From Bellilinea caldifistulae (GTDB taxonomy: Bacteria > Chloroflexota > Anaerolineae > Anaerolineales > Anaerolineaceae): a DNA stretch of 32,000 bases. Below are positions 1-8,745 of this stretch, piece after piece. Within the stretch, counting starts at the first letter, position 1; every line of letters begins with the position of its first letter. The DNA lies in assembly GCF_001306055.1 (NCBI RefSeq), contig NZ_LGHJ01000014.1:60001-92000 (forward strand), given 5' to 3'. The notes beneath the pieces were generated by a model. It ran no database searches and was not told the origin of the DNA. It saw only the letters and a list, made by a program, of their open reading frames with translations. The position numbers were made by a program, and so were the translations under genes.

Positions 1-126
1 GAGGTGTTCATACCCTATTCGGTCGAGCAGGACACCCCGGTTCGACTGGTCATTCGCCAGGAATCGGCTACCCGCATCCCCGGCACGGTCTGGCTTTCGA
101 GTATGCTGCTAACCCTCCAGCCTTAA
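1..126 (+). CDS. 3' end of an unidentified gene (partial, runs off the left edge)
   Basis: Frame 1 is open from base 1 to TAA at 124-126 (EVFIPYSVEQDTPVRLVIRQESATRIPGTVWLSSMLLTLQP*). Third codon positions are G/C-biased like neighbouring genes. It is too short to assign a family. Its stop overlaps the stop of the convergent 123..848 gene (TTAA). Confidence 0.3.
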   Translation, partial: EVFIPYSVEQDTPVRLVIRQESATRIPGTVWLSSMLLTLQP

Positions 127-848
127 TCGCTGGTCAATTTTTGAAAGCGCGGCACACCGCGCAGATCATTCAGGTCAGGGTCCTGGCGGCACCATTCTAC
201 CAGGTGCGGGTCAAGCTGAAGGGCTTCTTCCAGCAAATCCAATGCCCGGTCAAACTCACCGCCACCGGTCAACAGGCAAGCCAGATCATAAAGAAGTAAG
301 GCGCGGCTTGCTCCCAGCTCCGCGAGGGAGGAAACCCATTGCAAGGCTTCCTCTTGAAGGGAGGAAGCCCGCGGGAGGTCATTCAACTTTCGATAGGTAT
401 GCACAAGATGCTGAATGACATGAATGTAACCGTTTCCTAGAATGTAGGAAAGGAGCGGAGTACCTTTGCGCCATTCAAAACGGTGAGGGTCAGTGAGGTC
501 TTCATCCTCGAAACGGTTGAGAGCCTCCTTTACGGCGTTCATGGTGCTTTGGGCTTCTCGAAGCAGAGCCGCCAGGGGAATGTGTTGTTTGTCAAAATAT
601 ACTTCACGGTTGACCTGATCATACGGGGGGTAAGAGGGCGGTGCTTGATTCCGGAAGGCGTAAGCCAGGGTTTCGACCATTCGCTGCCGCCAATAGGTGG
701 TGTGTGCCAGCGAGTCTTTGGGAGACCAGTTTTCAAAAGTGCCTTCGGCGCTTCGTTCTCCTTCGCTGAGACTTTCAATCAGGTCCATCTCGGCCTGATA
801 AGCCCTTTGCAGAAGGGTTACAATTTTTTGAACCAAATCTTTACCCAT
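123..848 (-). CDS. DinB/ClbS-like four-helix-bundle protein with a C-terminal TPR-like extension
   Basis: 241-aa ORF. The N-terminal ~160 aa show the DinB/ClbS-type pattern (WSPKDSLAHTTYW ... FEWRKGTPLLSYILGNGYIHVIQHL). The C-terminal ~70 aa (ALLLYDLACLLTGGGEFDRALDLLEEALQLDPHLVEWCRQDPDLNDLRGVPRFQKL) read as a TPR-type helical hairpin. Assignment is by motif recall only. Confidence 0.6.
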   Translation of the reverse strand: MGKDLVQKIVTLLQRAYQAEMDLIESLSEGERSAEGTFENWSPKDSLAHTTYWRQRMVETLAYAFRNQAPPSYPPYDQVNREVYFDKQHIPLAALLREAQSTMNAVKEALNRFEDEDLTDPHRFEWRKGTPLLSYILGNGYIHVIQHLVHTYRKLNDLPRASSLQEEALQWVSSLAELGASRALLLYDLACLLTGGGEFDRALDLLEEALQLDPHLVEWCRQDPDLNDLRGVPRFQKLTSD

Positions 849-877
849 ATAATCCCCTTTCTGGGGGTGTTGGAAAC

Positions 878-1297
878 TTACTCTCCAATGATTTTAACCA
901 GCACACGTTTACGCCGGCGTCCGTCGAACTCGCCGTAAAAAATTTGCTCCCATGGGCCAAAATCCAATTTACCGTTGGTGACCGCTACCACCACCTCTCG
1001 TCCCATGATTTGTCGTTTAAGGTGGGCGTCGGCGTTATCTTCGCCGGTGTTGTTGTGCCGGTACTGGCTGATCGGTTCGTGGGGGGCCAATTGTTCCAGC
1101 CAGCGCTCGTAATCATGGTGCAGGCCGGGTTCATCATCGTTGATGAACACCGAAGCGGTGATGTGCATGGCATTCACCAGACACAACCCTTCCCGAATGC
1201 CGCTTTCACGCAAGCAATCTTCCACCTGTGAGGTGATGTTGACGAAGCCGCGCCGGCTGGGGAGGTTAAACCAGAGTTCTTTGCGGTAGGACTTCAT
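878..1297 (-). CDS. YjbQ/UPF0047 family protein (secondary thiamine-phosphate synthase-like)
   Basis: 139-aa ORF of typical YjbQ size and motifs ([36 protein letters not shown] ... [39 protein letters not shown]). Confidence 0.85.
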   Translation of the reverse strand: MKSYRKELWFNLPSRRGFVNITSQVEDCLRESGIREGLCLVNAMHITASVFINDDEPGLHHDYERWLEQLAPHEPISQYRHNNTGEDNADAHLKRQIMGREVVVAVTNGKLDFGPWEQIFYGEFDGRRRKRVLVKIIGE

Positions 1298-1315
1298 GAC
1301 CTGTTCCTTTCCTTT

Positions 1316-3484
1316 CTACGGCAGGTTCTTGCGCCGCTGCAGGAAGATTTCCTGAGCGTTGATTGCCGGTTCACCTTCGGCTGGTTTCAGCCGCTTGTAG
1401 GTGCCGTCGGGGTTCATCAGGCGGGCTTTGACGTTATCTGCCAGATAGAGGGTGAGAATGTCCTCGTAGATGGTACGGATCATGCGTTTGTCTTCAATTG
1501 GGAAGAGTACTTCCACACGCTGATTGAGGTTACGCGGCATCAAGTCGGCACTGCCCATATAAATTTCTTCGTCGCCGTTGTTGTGAAAGTAGTAAATTCG
1601 GCTGTGTTCCAGAAAACGCCCCACAATACTGATGACGCGGATGTTTTCGCTCAAGCCTTTAATGCCGGGCCGCAGGCAGCAAATGCCGCGCACAATTAAA
1701 TCAATTTTAACTCCGGCCTGTGAGGCGCGATACAGCCATTCGATGATGGGTTGATCCACCAGTGCATTCATCTTGAAAATGAGATGCCCGTTACCGTACT
1801 TTTGCTGATGTTCGATTTCGCGGGCAATCATCGCTTCGAATTGTTTTCGTAGATTAATGGGGGCTACCAGAAGTTTGCGGTAGTCCTCTTTCAGGGAGTA
1901 GCCGGTCAGGTAGTTGAACAGGTCGGTGGCATCGGCGGCGATTTCATCATCGCAGGTGAACAACGAAAGGTCTTCATACACCAATGCGGTAATGTGATTG
2001 TAATTACCGGTGCCTAAATGAACATAGCGGCGGATGTGATCGCCTTCGCGCCGCACTACCAGGGCAACTTTTGAGTGGGTCTTGAGACCGAGTAAGCCGT
2101 AAGTCACATGCACGCCTTCCTGTTCCAGCAAGCGCGCCCAACTGATGTTGCTCTCTTCATCAAAGCGGGCTTTGAGTTCCACCAGCACGGCAACTTGCTT
2201 GCCGTAATCGCGGCGGGCTTGCAAGAGTGCCTTGACCACCGGCGAATTGGAGCCGGTGCGGTAAAGGGTTTGTTTAATGGCCAGCACGCCGGGATCACGG
2301 GCGGCGGTTCGTAAAAAGTCCACCACGGGCGAAAAAGAATCGTAAGGATGATGAAGCAGGATGTTTTCCTGTTGAATAGCGCTGAAGATGGCGTCTTCTT
2401 CCGCATCTGGCCCAAAGCGGAGGATGGGCGGAGTGTAAGGCACGAAAGGACGATCCTTAAGCTCGTGGCGTTCGATGCGGGTCAGTTCCATGACCGCGCG
2501 TAAGTTCAGGGGTTTGTCGAGCACATACACATCGTTGCGGTCTACTTGAAGGTTGGCAATTAACATTTCCTTCAAGGATTCCGGAATGTCTTTCCGTACC
2601 ATCAAACGCACCACTTTGCCAAAGCGGCGCTTGCGCACACTTTCTTCAATGGTTTCCAATAAATCGGCTGCTTCCAGTTCCTGAATTTCCATATCCACAT
2701 TGCGGGTGACGTGGAAGAGGTGGGCGCCGGTTACTTTCAAGCCGGGAAAGAGGTCGTCCAGATTGGCTTGAATCAGGTCTTTCAACCAGATGAAGTAATG
2801 ATGGCGGGGTACGGTGCCGTCCTTGCGAACGCTTCCCGACGAACGCTTAATCGGCACCAGTTGGGGCAGGGTGTCGGGCACTTTTACGCGCGCAAACCGT
2901 TGCTGTCCGTCTCTGCCTTCAAGGGTGATGGCAAGATTCAGGCTGAGATTGGAAATATGCGGAAACGGATGAGCCGGATCGAAAGCCAGCGGAGTCAGAA
3001 CAGGGAAAACAGTTTCGTGAAAGTAGTCATCCGCAATTTGTTTCTGGCGGGGAGTTAATTCTTCGTAGGCGCGGATATGAATGCCGGCTTCATCTAACTT
3101 TGGCATTAATTTTTTGTTCCAGTAATCCCGTGCCTCGCTCATGATTTTTTGGGCGACCTTGCGGATTTCAACCAGCTGCTGGGCAGCCGTCAAACCATCA
3201 ATCGAGAGATCTACCACCCCTTCATCGCGCTGGAGGATAAGACCGCCAACCCGCACCATGAAAAATTCGTCCAGATTGGAACCTAAAATACCCAGAAATT
3301 TAACTCGTTCCAGCAAGGGGTTCGATTCGTCCATCGCTTCTTCCAGCACCCGCCGCTGGAATTCGAGCATGCTCAATTCACGGTTGATATAGAGGGCAGG
3401 ATTTTTGAGGTCAATTTCCTCAACACCGGCAGGGATTACTTCGGGCATTTTTGGCAAACTCGCTTTCTTTTTACCTTTGGCCAT
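1316..3484 (-). CDS. ppk: Polyphosphate kinase 1
   Basis: 722-aa ORF with PPK1 hallmarks throughout (YINRELSMLEFQRRVLEEA, NLDEFFMVRV, KTHSKVALVVRRE, two PLD-like C-terminal domains, MGSADLMPRNLNQRVEV). Confidence 0.95.
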   Translation of the reverse strand: MAKGKKKASLPKMPEVIPAGVEEIDLKNPALYINRELSMLEFQRRVLEEAMDESNPLLERVKFLGILGSNLDEFFMVRVGGLILQRDEGVVDLSIDGLTAAQQLVEIRKVAQKIMSEARDYWNKKLMPKLDEAGIHIRAYEELTPRQKQIADDYFHETVFPVLTPLAFDPAHPFPHISNLSLNLAITLEGRDGQQRFARVKVPDTLPQLVPIKRSSGSVRKDGTVPRHHYFIWLKDLIQANLDDLFPGLKVTGAHLFHVTRNVDMEIQELEAADLLETIEESVRKRRFGKVVRLMVRKDIPESLKEMLIANLQVDRNDVYVLDKPLNLRAVMELTRIERHELKDRPFVPYTPPILRFGPDAEEDAIFSAIQQENILLHHPYDSFSPVVDFLRTAARDPGVLAIKQTLYRTGSNSPVVKALLQARRDYGKQVAVLVELKARFDEESNISWARLLEQEGVHVTYGLLGLKTHSKVALVVRREGDHIRRYVHLGTGNYNHITALVYEDLSLFTCDDEIAADATDLFNYLTGYSLKEDYRKLLVAPINLRKQFEAMIAREIEHQQKYGNGHLIFKMNALVDQPIIEWLYRASQAGVKIDLIVRGICCLRPGIKGLSENIRVISIVGRFLEHSRIYYFHNNGDEEIYMGSADLMPRNLNQRVEVLFPIEDKRMIRTIYEDILTLYLADNVKARLMNPDGTYKRLKPAEGEPAINAQEIFLQRRKNLP

Positions 3485-3622
3485 AGGCGTTTCGACTCGT
3501 TTTATGCATTTTTAGGTTTACCCTTTTCGCCAAGTTTAACCAAGGGAGAAGTCCATGTATATCCTATTATACTGAATCCCCCATCCGCTGGTTCATCGAA
3601 GTTTAAACCGCTTTGGGGCAAA

Positions 3623-5584
3623 TCAATCAATGCCCGGCAATGTGTCCTGCTGCTGTTGATAAACGGCAACCCGGTTGCGGCCATTTTCTTTGGCTTGATA
3701 GAGGGCCTTATCGGCAGCGTCTACCAGTTGATCGAGACTGATCGGTTTGCCGGGTTCAAAGCAGGCTACTCCCAGACTGATGGTGATGAACGCTTTCCCT
3801 CTGGCGGTTGGGATGCTGATCGCTTCGACCGCATGGCGTAATCGCTCGGCAATGACGACGGCTTCCTTGATGCAGGTTTCCGGCAGTAAAATGATGAATT
3901 CTTCCCCGCCAAACCGCCCAATCGTATCAAACACACGGAGATTGCTGCGACAGCGTTGCGCCAGTGCCTGTAACATCTGATCGCCCACCAGATGACCAAA
4001 GGTGTCATTAATCCACTTGAAATGGTCAATATCCAGCAGGATGATGGCCATGTTCCGGTCGTAGCGGTGCGAGCGTTCCAGTTCGGTTTGAGCCACGTAA
4101 TAAAAGTGGCGCCGGTTGAAAACACCGGTGAGCGAGTCGGTAATTGCCAGTTCGTGCAATTTCTGTTCGGCCAGTTTCCGTTCGGTAATGTCGCGGAAGG
4201 AAAACAGCCAGCCAATCTGTTTGCCTTCCAGGCGATAAGTGGTCATCAAGCAATCCAGTGTCACACCCGAATGGAGATCCAGCGTGATCGAGGTTTCCTC
4301 CACAGAATGCCGGATAATTTCTTCGACTGTGGATAAGAAGGGACTGCCGTCAGACATTTTTTGAGCCAGCATATCCAGTGGATGATGATCAATCTGATTG
4401 TGCCAGTTGTTGGGCAAGTCGAAGAGTTTCACCAGCCGTTGATTGTAGAGAATGACGTTCAGGTCCTGATCGAACACGACCAGACCGGAGGCGGAAGAAT
4501 CTACGGTGGCTTGTAAAAGCGCCATCGAGCGGCGCAGGTCTAATTCCACCTGTTTTTGTTCGGTGATGTTATGAAGGGTGATGATATACCCGCTCAGTTC
4601 GCCGTTATCCTGAATGAGACGATTGACCTTGACCTGATAATGCTGGGTGGTGCCTTTGCCGGGCAGGGAAAGCTCGGTGATTTGAGTGGAGCGCCCGATG
4701 CCAAAATCGGCCCAATTTTCAGCCAGTGGCAGCAGGCTGGTTATTTCACGGCCAACCAATGTTTCAGCCGGGGTTGAAAACAAAGCGCATGCTGCCGGAT
4801 TGGCATCCAATACCCGTTTGCCGGTATCTGCCACAATCACTGCATCCGACAGGTTTTCAAACAGGGTGTCACGGGCGACGGGCACCAGATCAAGCAGGTG
4901 GTGGCGAAACAGCGCCCATGCAATGATGAGATTGCTGATTCCAAAAGACAAGGGGACAAGGTCGTGCAGGTTTAGGGGGATCCAGCCTGCAGCGGTGATG
5001 ATGCTCACCAGCCAGGGAATGATCGTGCCGACCAGTAAAGTGCCAACCTGCCTGCGGAACAGGCGCGGTGCACCGATGTACTTGACCACAAAAAACAGCG
5101 TGGCGAGGATGATCAGGGTGTAGGCATAGACAGTATAAATTCCGAACAGGGATCCGTTCTGGAATTCCAACGCATAAAACAAGTCCCTCTGGATGACCTG
5201 CGGATTGATTCGGAATAAACCGTGAAGGGCATCCGTCCAGATGAATGCCACCATGAGGCCGGCAAGGCCAAAGAGCAATTTCCAATTGAACCGTTTGAAG
5301 GGGATTTGACGATAGTTGTAATCCAGCGCAAAACCCAAATAAAAAACCGGCAACAAAGATGCTGCCAGAAATTGAATGTTATTCCAGAATAATCCGATTT
5401 CGATCCGATGGCTGAGGATTTGGAGGATGTAAGCAAACACCCACAGGGCTTCTGAGTATGCCAGACCCGCCAGCGCCCGGGATGCGACATCCTGCTTGCG
5501 GGTAGTGGCTAGCCGCCCGACCCAGATGCAAATCCCCGCTGAAATCAGATAGGGTAACAGGCCGATGATGTAGCGTAAGATCAT
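3623..5584 (-). CDS. Membrane sensor diguanylate cyclase (7TM N-terminal sensor module, two PAS-like regions, GGDEF)
   Basis: The N-terminal ~230 aa are polytopic and hydrophobic. Two PAS-like segments follow (LFENLSDAVIVAD..., LQATVDSSASGLVVFD...). The C-terminal GGDEF domain has an intact GGEEF and an RxxD I-site five residues upstream (RVFDTIGRFGGEEF). The first codon in the ORF track is TTG at 5587; I prefer the adjacent ATG at 5584. Confidence 0.9.
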   Translation of the reverse strand: MILRYIIGLLPYLISAGICIWVGRLATTRKQDVASRALAGLAYSEALWVFAYILQILSHRIEIGLFWNNIQFLAASLLPVFYLGFALDYNYRQIPFKRFNWKLLFGLAGLMVAFIWTDALHGLFRINPQVIQRDLFYALEFQNGSLFGIYTVYAYTLIILATLFFVVKYIGAPRLFRRQVGTLLVGTIIPWLVSIITAAGWIPLNLHDLVPLSFGISNLIIAWALFRHHLLDLVPVARDTLFENLSDAVIVADTGKRVLDANPAACALFSTPAETLVGREITSLLPLAENWADFGIGRSTQITELSLPGKGTTQHYQVKVNRLIQDNGELSGYIITLHNITEQKQVELDLRRSMALLQATVDSSASGLVVFDQDLNVILYNQRLVKLFDLPNNWHNQIDHHPLDMLAQKMSDGSPFLSTVEEIIRHSVEETSITLDLHSGVTLDCLMTTYRLEGKQIGWLFSFRDITERKLAEQKLHELAITDSLTGVFNRRHFYYVAQTELERSHRYDRNMAIILLDIDHFKWINDTFGHLVGDQMLQALAQRCRSNLRVFDTIGRFGGEEFIILLPETCIKEAVVIAERLRHAVEAISIPTARGKAFITISLGVACFEPGKPISLDQLVDAADKALYQAKENGRNRVAVYQQQQDTLPGID

Positions 5585-5637
5585 CAAAATTCAGTAAGGT
5601 AATATTCTGGTAGATTAAATCTAATCATACCTTATAA

Positions 5638-5667
5638 TTTGCAATTTTGATTTAATGAAATTGCAAA
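5638..5667. promoter_or_regulatory. Perfect 10-bp inverted repeat TTTGCAATTT-N10-AAATTGCAAA (candidate operator)
   Basis: Read directly from the sequence. The arms are at 5638-5647 and 5658-5667 and are exact reverse complements. The repeat lies in the AT-rich divergent intergenic region, directly upstream of the -35 at 5674. Confidence 0.35.
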
Positions 5668-5673
5668 CTTCAC

Positions 5674-5701
5674 TTGACAACCCCGGTCAAGACGTTATAA
5701 T
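5674..5701 (+). promoter_or_regulatory. Sigma-70-type promoter for the isochorismatase-family gene
   Basis: Consensus TTGACA (5674-5679), a 16-nt spacer and consensus TATAAT (5696-5701), about 78 nt upstream of the ATG at 5780. Confidence 0.5.
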
Positions 5702-5752
5702 GGTGTTGTAAATACACTAACAAGATGTTTTTAATTTTTTTCAATTTAATTT

Positions 5753-5767
5753 GTGTAAATTTTACAC
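5753..5767. promoter_or_regulatory. Palindrome GTGTAAA-T-TTTACAC between the promoter and the RBS (operator or 5'-UTR hairpin)
   Basis: Exact 7-bp arms at 5753-5759 and 5761-5767, 3 nt upstream of the GGAGG Shine-Dalgarno at 5771-5775. Confidence 0.3.
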
Positions 5768-5779
5768 GAAGGAGGCGAG

Positions 5780-6487
5780 ATGAGCGATTTACTTTCAACC
5801 CGATCACAGGCGTTTGTGGATTTTATTGAAAAATGGCTTTCTGAAAGACCGGTTTTGCCGATGGCGCATGCTGCTCCGCATCCCGAACGTGTTGCCATCC
5901 TTTCGGTGGATATGATCGAAGGGTTTTGCCATATTGGCCCGCTGGCAAGCCCGCGAATTGCGGCCATCGTTCAGCCGATTGTGGAACTGTTCTCCAAAGG
6001 CTGGCAGCACGGTATCCGCCATATTCTGCTCAGCCAGGATGCCCACGAACCGGATGCGGTGGAGTTTGGCTCATGGCCGCCTCACTGCGTACGCGGCACA
6101 CCTGAAGCCGAAACCGTAGCAGCCTTCAAAGCCCTGCCGTTTTTCGATCAAATGGTTATTCTGGAAAAGAATTCCATCCATAGTGGACTGAATACCGATC
6201 TCAACCGCTGGCTGGAAGATCATCCGCTGGTGGATACTTTTATCGTTGTGGGGGATTGTACCGATTTGTGCACCTATCAACTGGCCATGCACCTGCGGCT
6301 GGATGCTAATGCCCGTCAGCGTCACCGGCGGATTATTGTGCCGGCCAATGCTGTTGAAACCTATCATCGCAGCCTGGAAACTGCGCAAGAGCAGGGCGGT
6401 CTGCCGCACGATGGCGATTTGCTGCATGCCATTTTTCTCTATCACATGGCGCTGAACGGCATTGAGGTGGTTGCCCGCATTGATTAA
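5780..6487 (+). CDS. Isochorismatase-family cysteine hydrolase (nicotinamidase-like)
   Basis: 235-aa ORF with a strong GGAGG RBS. It has the family-typical Asp segment (VAILSVDMIEGFC) and the nucleophile Cys segment (FIVVGDCTDLCTYQ). Confidence 0.8.
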   Translation: MSDLLSTRSQAFVDFIEKWLSERPVLPMAHAAPHPERVAILSVDMIEGFCHIGPLASPRIAAIVQPIVELFSKGWQHGIRHILLSQDAHEPDAVEFGSWPPHCVRGTPEAETVAAFKALPFFDQMVILEKNSIHSGLNTDLNRWLEDHPLVDTFIVVGDCTDLCTYQLAMHLRLDANARQRHRRIIVPANAVETYHRSLETAQEQGGLPHDGDLLHAIFLYHMALNGIEVVARID

Positions 6488-6558
6488 GCCGGTCATCGGC
6501 AGGTGTGAGACACAGACGTGTTCGGGTTGGGCAGTAAGTTGCTCAACCCAACATGTTT

Positions 6559-6608
6559 AACCGCCGAAAATCAGCCCGAACTTGATCCTCGAAGGCGGTT
6601 GGCTTTTT
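6559..6608 (+). terminator. Weak candidate intrinsic terminator after the isochorismatase-family gene
   Basis: AACCGCC (6559-6565) pairs with GGCGGTT (6594-6600) and is followed by GGCTTTTT. The 28-nt loop is long, so confidence is low. An extended -10 (TGaTATAAT, 6608-6616) for thrS follows immediately. Confidence 0.3.
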
Positions 6609-6639
6609 GATATAATAAGGTACTTCGTGGAGGTGAAGT

Positions 6640-8451
6640 ATGGATCAGAACAATCAAGAACGATATGAAGACAGCGAGTTATATCGTATCCGCCATTCGC
6701 TGTCGCACATTATGGCGCAGGCAGTCCTGGAAATGTTCCCGGAAGCCAAATACACCATCGGCCCGCCGGTGGAAAACGGCTTTTACTACGATTTCGACCT
6801 GCCACGCACGCTCACTCCCGAAGACCTCGAAAAAATCGAAAAGCGCATGCGGCAGATTGTGGCCGGCAAGTACGATTTTGTCCGCAAAGTGGTCAGCGCT
6901 GACGAAGCCCGTCGGATTTTTGCCAACCAGCCTTACAAGCTGGAACTGATCAACGACCTTGAACGCGGTGAGACCGACGAGCACGGTCAGCCGCTGGATG
7001 AAAAACCCGAAATTTCCATTTACACCCACGGCAATTTTGTGGATCTGTGCCGTGGCCCACATGTGCAAAATACTTCTCAAATCAATCCCTCGGCCTTCAA
7101 ACTGATGAGCGTAGCGGGAGCCTACTGGCGCGGTGATGAAAAAAACCCGCAATTGCAACGGATTTACGGCACGGCGTGGCGCACCAAAGAGGAATTGGAG
7201 CGCTATTTGCAAATGCTGGAAGAAGCCAAAAAGCGCGATCATCGCAAACTGGGCAGGGATTTGGAGATTTTCATCTTCGATGATGAGGTTGGCCCCGGTT
7301 TGCCGCTCTGGCTGCCGCGCGGTGGGGTGATCATTGAGGAACTGGAAAAACTGGCCAAGGAAATGGAAGAACAAGCCGGTTATCAGCGTGTGCGCACTCC
7401 GCACCTGACCAAAGAAGACCTGTTCCTGCGCAGCGGCCACCTGCCGTATTACGCCGAAAGTATGTACCCGCCGATGGAACTGGAAGGGGTGCGTTACTAC
7501 GTCAAACCGATGAACTGTCCTTTCCATCACAAAATTTATGCTGCCAAACCGCGCAGTTACCGTGATTTACCTGTCCGGCTGGCTGAGTACGGCACCTGCT
7601 ACCGCTATGAGAAAAGCGGCGAGTTGTTCGGGCTGATGCGCGTGCGTTCGATGCAGATGAATGATGCCCATATCTACTGCTCGGAAGAACAATTCGAGCA
7701 GGAATTTTTGGCGGTGGTGGAATTGTACTTAAGGTACTTTGCGCTGTTTGGCATCGAAAAATACGTGATGCGCCTGAGCACCCATCACAAGCGCGGACTG
7801 GGCAAGAAATACGTGGACAACGAACGCCTGTGGCTAAAGACCGAGGAAATGGTACGCAATGCCATGCGCCATGGCGGCGTGCCGTTTGTGGAAGCAGCCG
7901 ATGAGGCGGCTTTTTACGGGCCAAAGATTGATGTGCAAATCTGGAGCGCCATCGGGCGGGAGTTCACCCTTGCCACCAATCAGGTGGATTTTGCCGTACC
8001 GGAACGCTTCAACCTGACTTTTGTCAACCGTCACGGTGAGGAGGAAACCCCGCTTTGTATCCACCGCGCTCCGCTCAGCACGCATGAGCGCATGGTCGGC
8101 TTTTTGCTGGAACATTACGCCGGTAATTTTCCGGTCTGGCTCTCGCCGGAGCAGGTACGCATTATCCCCATAACTGACTCTCATAATGAGTATGCCCGCC
8201 AGTTGGAGCAGGAAATGCGGGCAGCCGGCATTCGCGCTGAAGCCGATTTGGGACAGGATCGCATGAATGCCAAGATCCGCTCGGCGCAGCTGCTCAAAAT
8301 TCCCTACATGGCGGTGGTTGGAGATCAGGAGGTCAACAGCCGGACGATTGCCCTGCGCCGGCGGGACGGCAGTCGCCAGAACGATGTGCCGGTGCAGGCC
8401 TTCATCGAGCAGGTCAAGGAGCGTATCCGCACCCGCTCGGCTGAATTATGA
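6640..8451 (+). CDS. thrS: Threonine--tRNA ligase (no N-terminal TGS domain)
   Basis: 603-aa ORF with a GGAGGTG RBS. It carries the editing-domain HxxxH (RHSLSHIMAQ), class II catalytic motifs (FRSGHLPYY, NCPFHH, YRYEKSG, MNDAHIY) and a C-terminal anticodon-binding domain. An in-frame TGA at 6634-6636 excludes a longer N-terminus. Confidence 0.95.
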   Translation: MDQNNQERYEDSELYRIRHSLSHIMAQAVLEMFPEAKYTIGPPVENGFYYDFDLPRTLTPEDLEKIEKRMRQIVAGKYDFVRKVVSADEARRIFANQPYKLELINDLERGETDEHGQPLDEKPEISIYTHGNFVDLCRGPHVQNTSQINPSAFKLMSVAGAYWRGDEKNPQLQRIYGTAWRTKEELERYLQMLEEAKKRDHRKLGRDLEIFIFDDEVGPGLPLWLPRGGVIIEELEKLAKEMEEQAGYQRVRTPHLTKEDLFLRSGHLPYYAESMYPPMELEGVRYYVKPMNCPFHHKIYAAKPRSYRDLPVRLAEYGTCYRYEKSGELFGLMRVRSMQMNDAHIYCSEEQFEQEFLAVVELYLRYFALFGIEKYVMRLSTHHKRGLGKKYVDNERLWLKTEEMVRNAMRHGGVPFVEAADEAAFYGPKIDVQIWSAIGREFTLATNQVDFAVPERFNLTFVNRHGEEETPLCIHRAPLSTHERMVGFLLEHYAGNFPVWLSPEQVRIIPITDSHNEYARQLEQEMRAAGIRAEADLGQDRMNAKIRSAQLLKIPYMAVVGDQEVNSRTIALRRRDGSRQNDVPVQAFIEQVKERIRTRSAEL

Positions 8452-8483
8452 GTTAAATTGGTGAAATTGAAAGGCAGAATCGG

Positions 8484-8512
8484 TTGACATCACTTTCAAC
8501 CTGTGCTAATAT
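8484..8512 (+). promoter_or_regulatory. Sigma-70-type promoter driving the SAM riboswitch-metK transcript
   Basis: TTGACA (8484-8489), a 17-nt spacer and TGcTAATAT (extended -10, hexamer at 8507-8512), about 37 nt upstream of riboswitch helix P1. Confidence 0.5.
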
Positions 8513-8548
8513 TCTGCTCCAGAACAATTGAATAAGCCCCTAAAAGGC

Positions 8549-8668
<120 letters not shown>

Positions 8669-8686
8669 CACTTCTTAATGAGATAG

Positions 8687-8725
8687 AAAGTTGCCCCTTG
8701 AGGCCAGAAGGGGCAACTTTATTTT
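8687..8725 (+). terminator. Riboswitch expression-platform intrinsic terminator
   Basis: Perfect 13-bp stem AAAGTTGCCCCTT (8687-8699) / AAGGGGCAACTTT (8708-8720) with an 8-nt loop, followed by ATTTT. The metK RBS (AGGAGG) and ATG follow. Confidence 0.85.
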
Positions 8726-8745
8726 ACAGGAGGATCAAAAACAGA

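Noticed and set aside
3502-3684. 60-aa minus-strand ORF in the GGDEF-ppk1 gap
   Set aside because: It overlaps the 3' end of the GGDEF gene in another frame, has no RBS and has no recognisable sequence features. It is most likely non-coding promoter or UTR sequence for ppk1.
6488-6639. T-box or other leader controlling thrS
   Set aside because: There is no T-box consensus (AATTAGGGTGGTACCGCG-like) and no specifier-loop architecture. The hairpins at 6524-6549 and 6559-6600 lie upstream of the best -10 (6611-6616). They more likely belong to the 3' end of the preceding gene.
6679-7530. Long antisense ORFs inside real genes (6679..7530 in thrS, 8719..9573 in metK, 12868..13542 in cbpA, 15248..16048 in the eRF1-like gene, 24200..24838 in polA, 12063..12551 over the ftsK 5' end, and others)
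   Set aside because: These are typical stop-poor antisense frames of GC-biased coding DNA. Each overlaps a gene with strong family-level sequence identity. None has an RBS or recognisable motifs.
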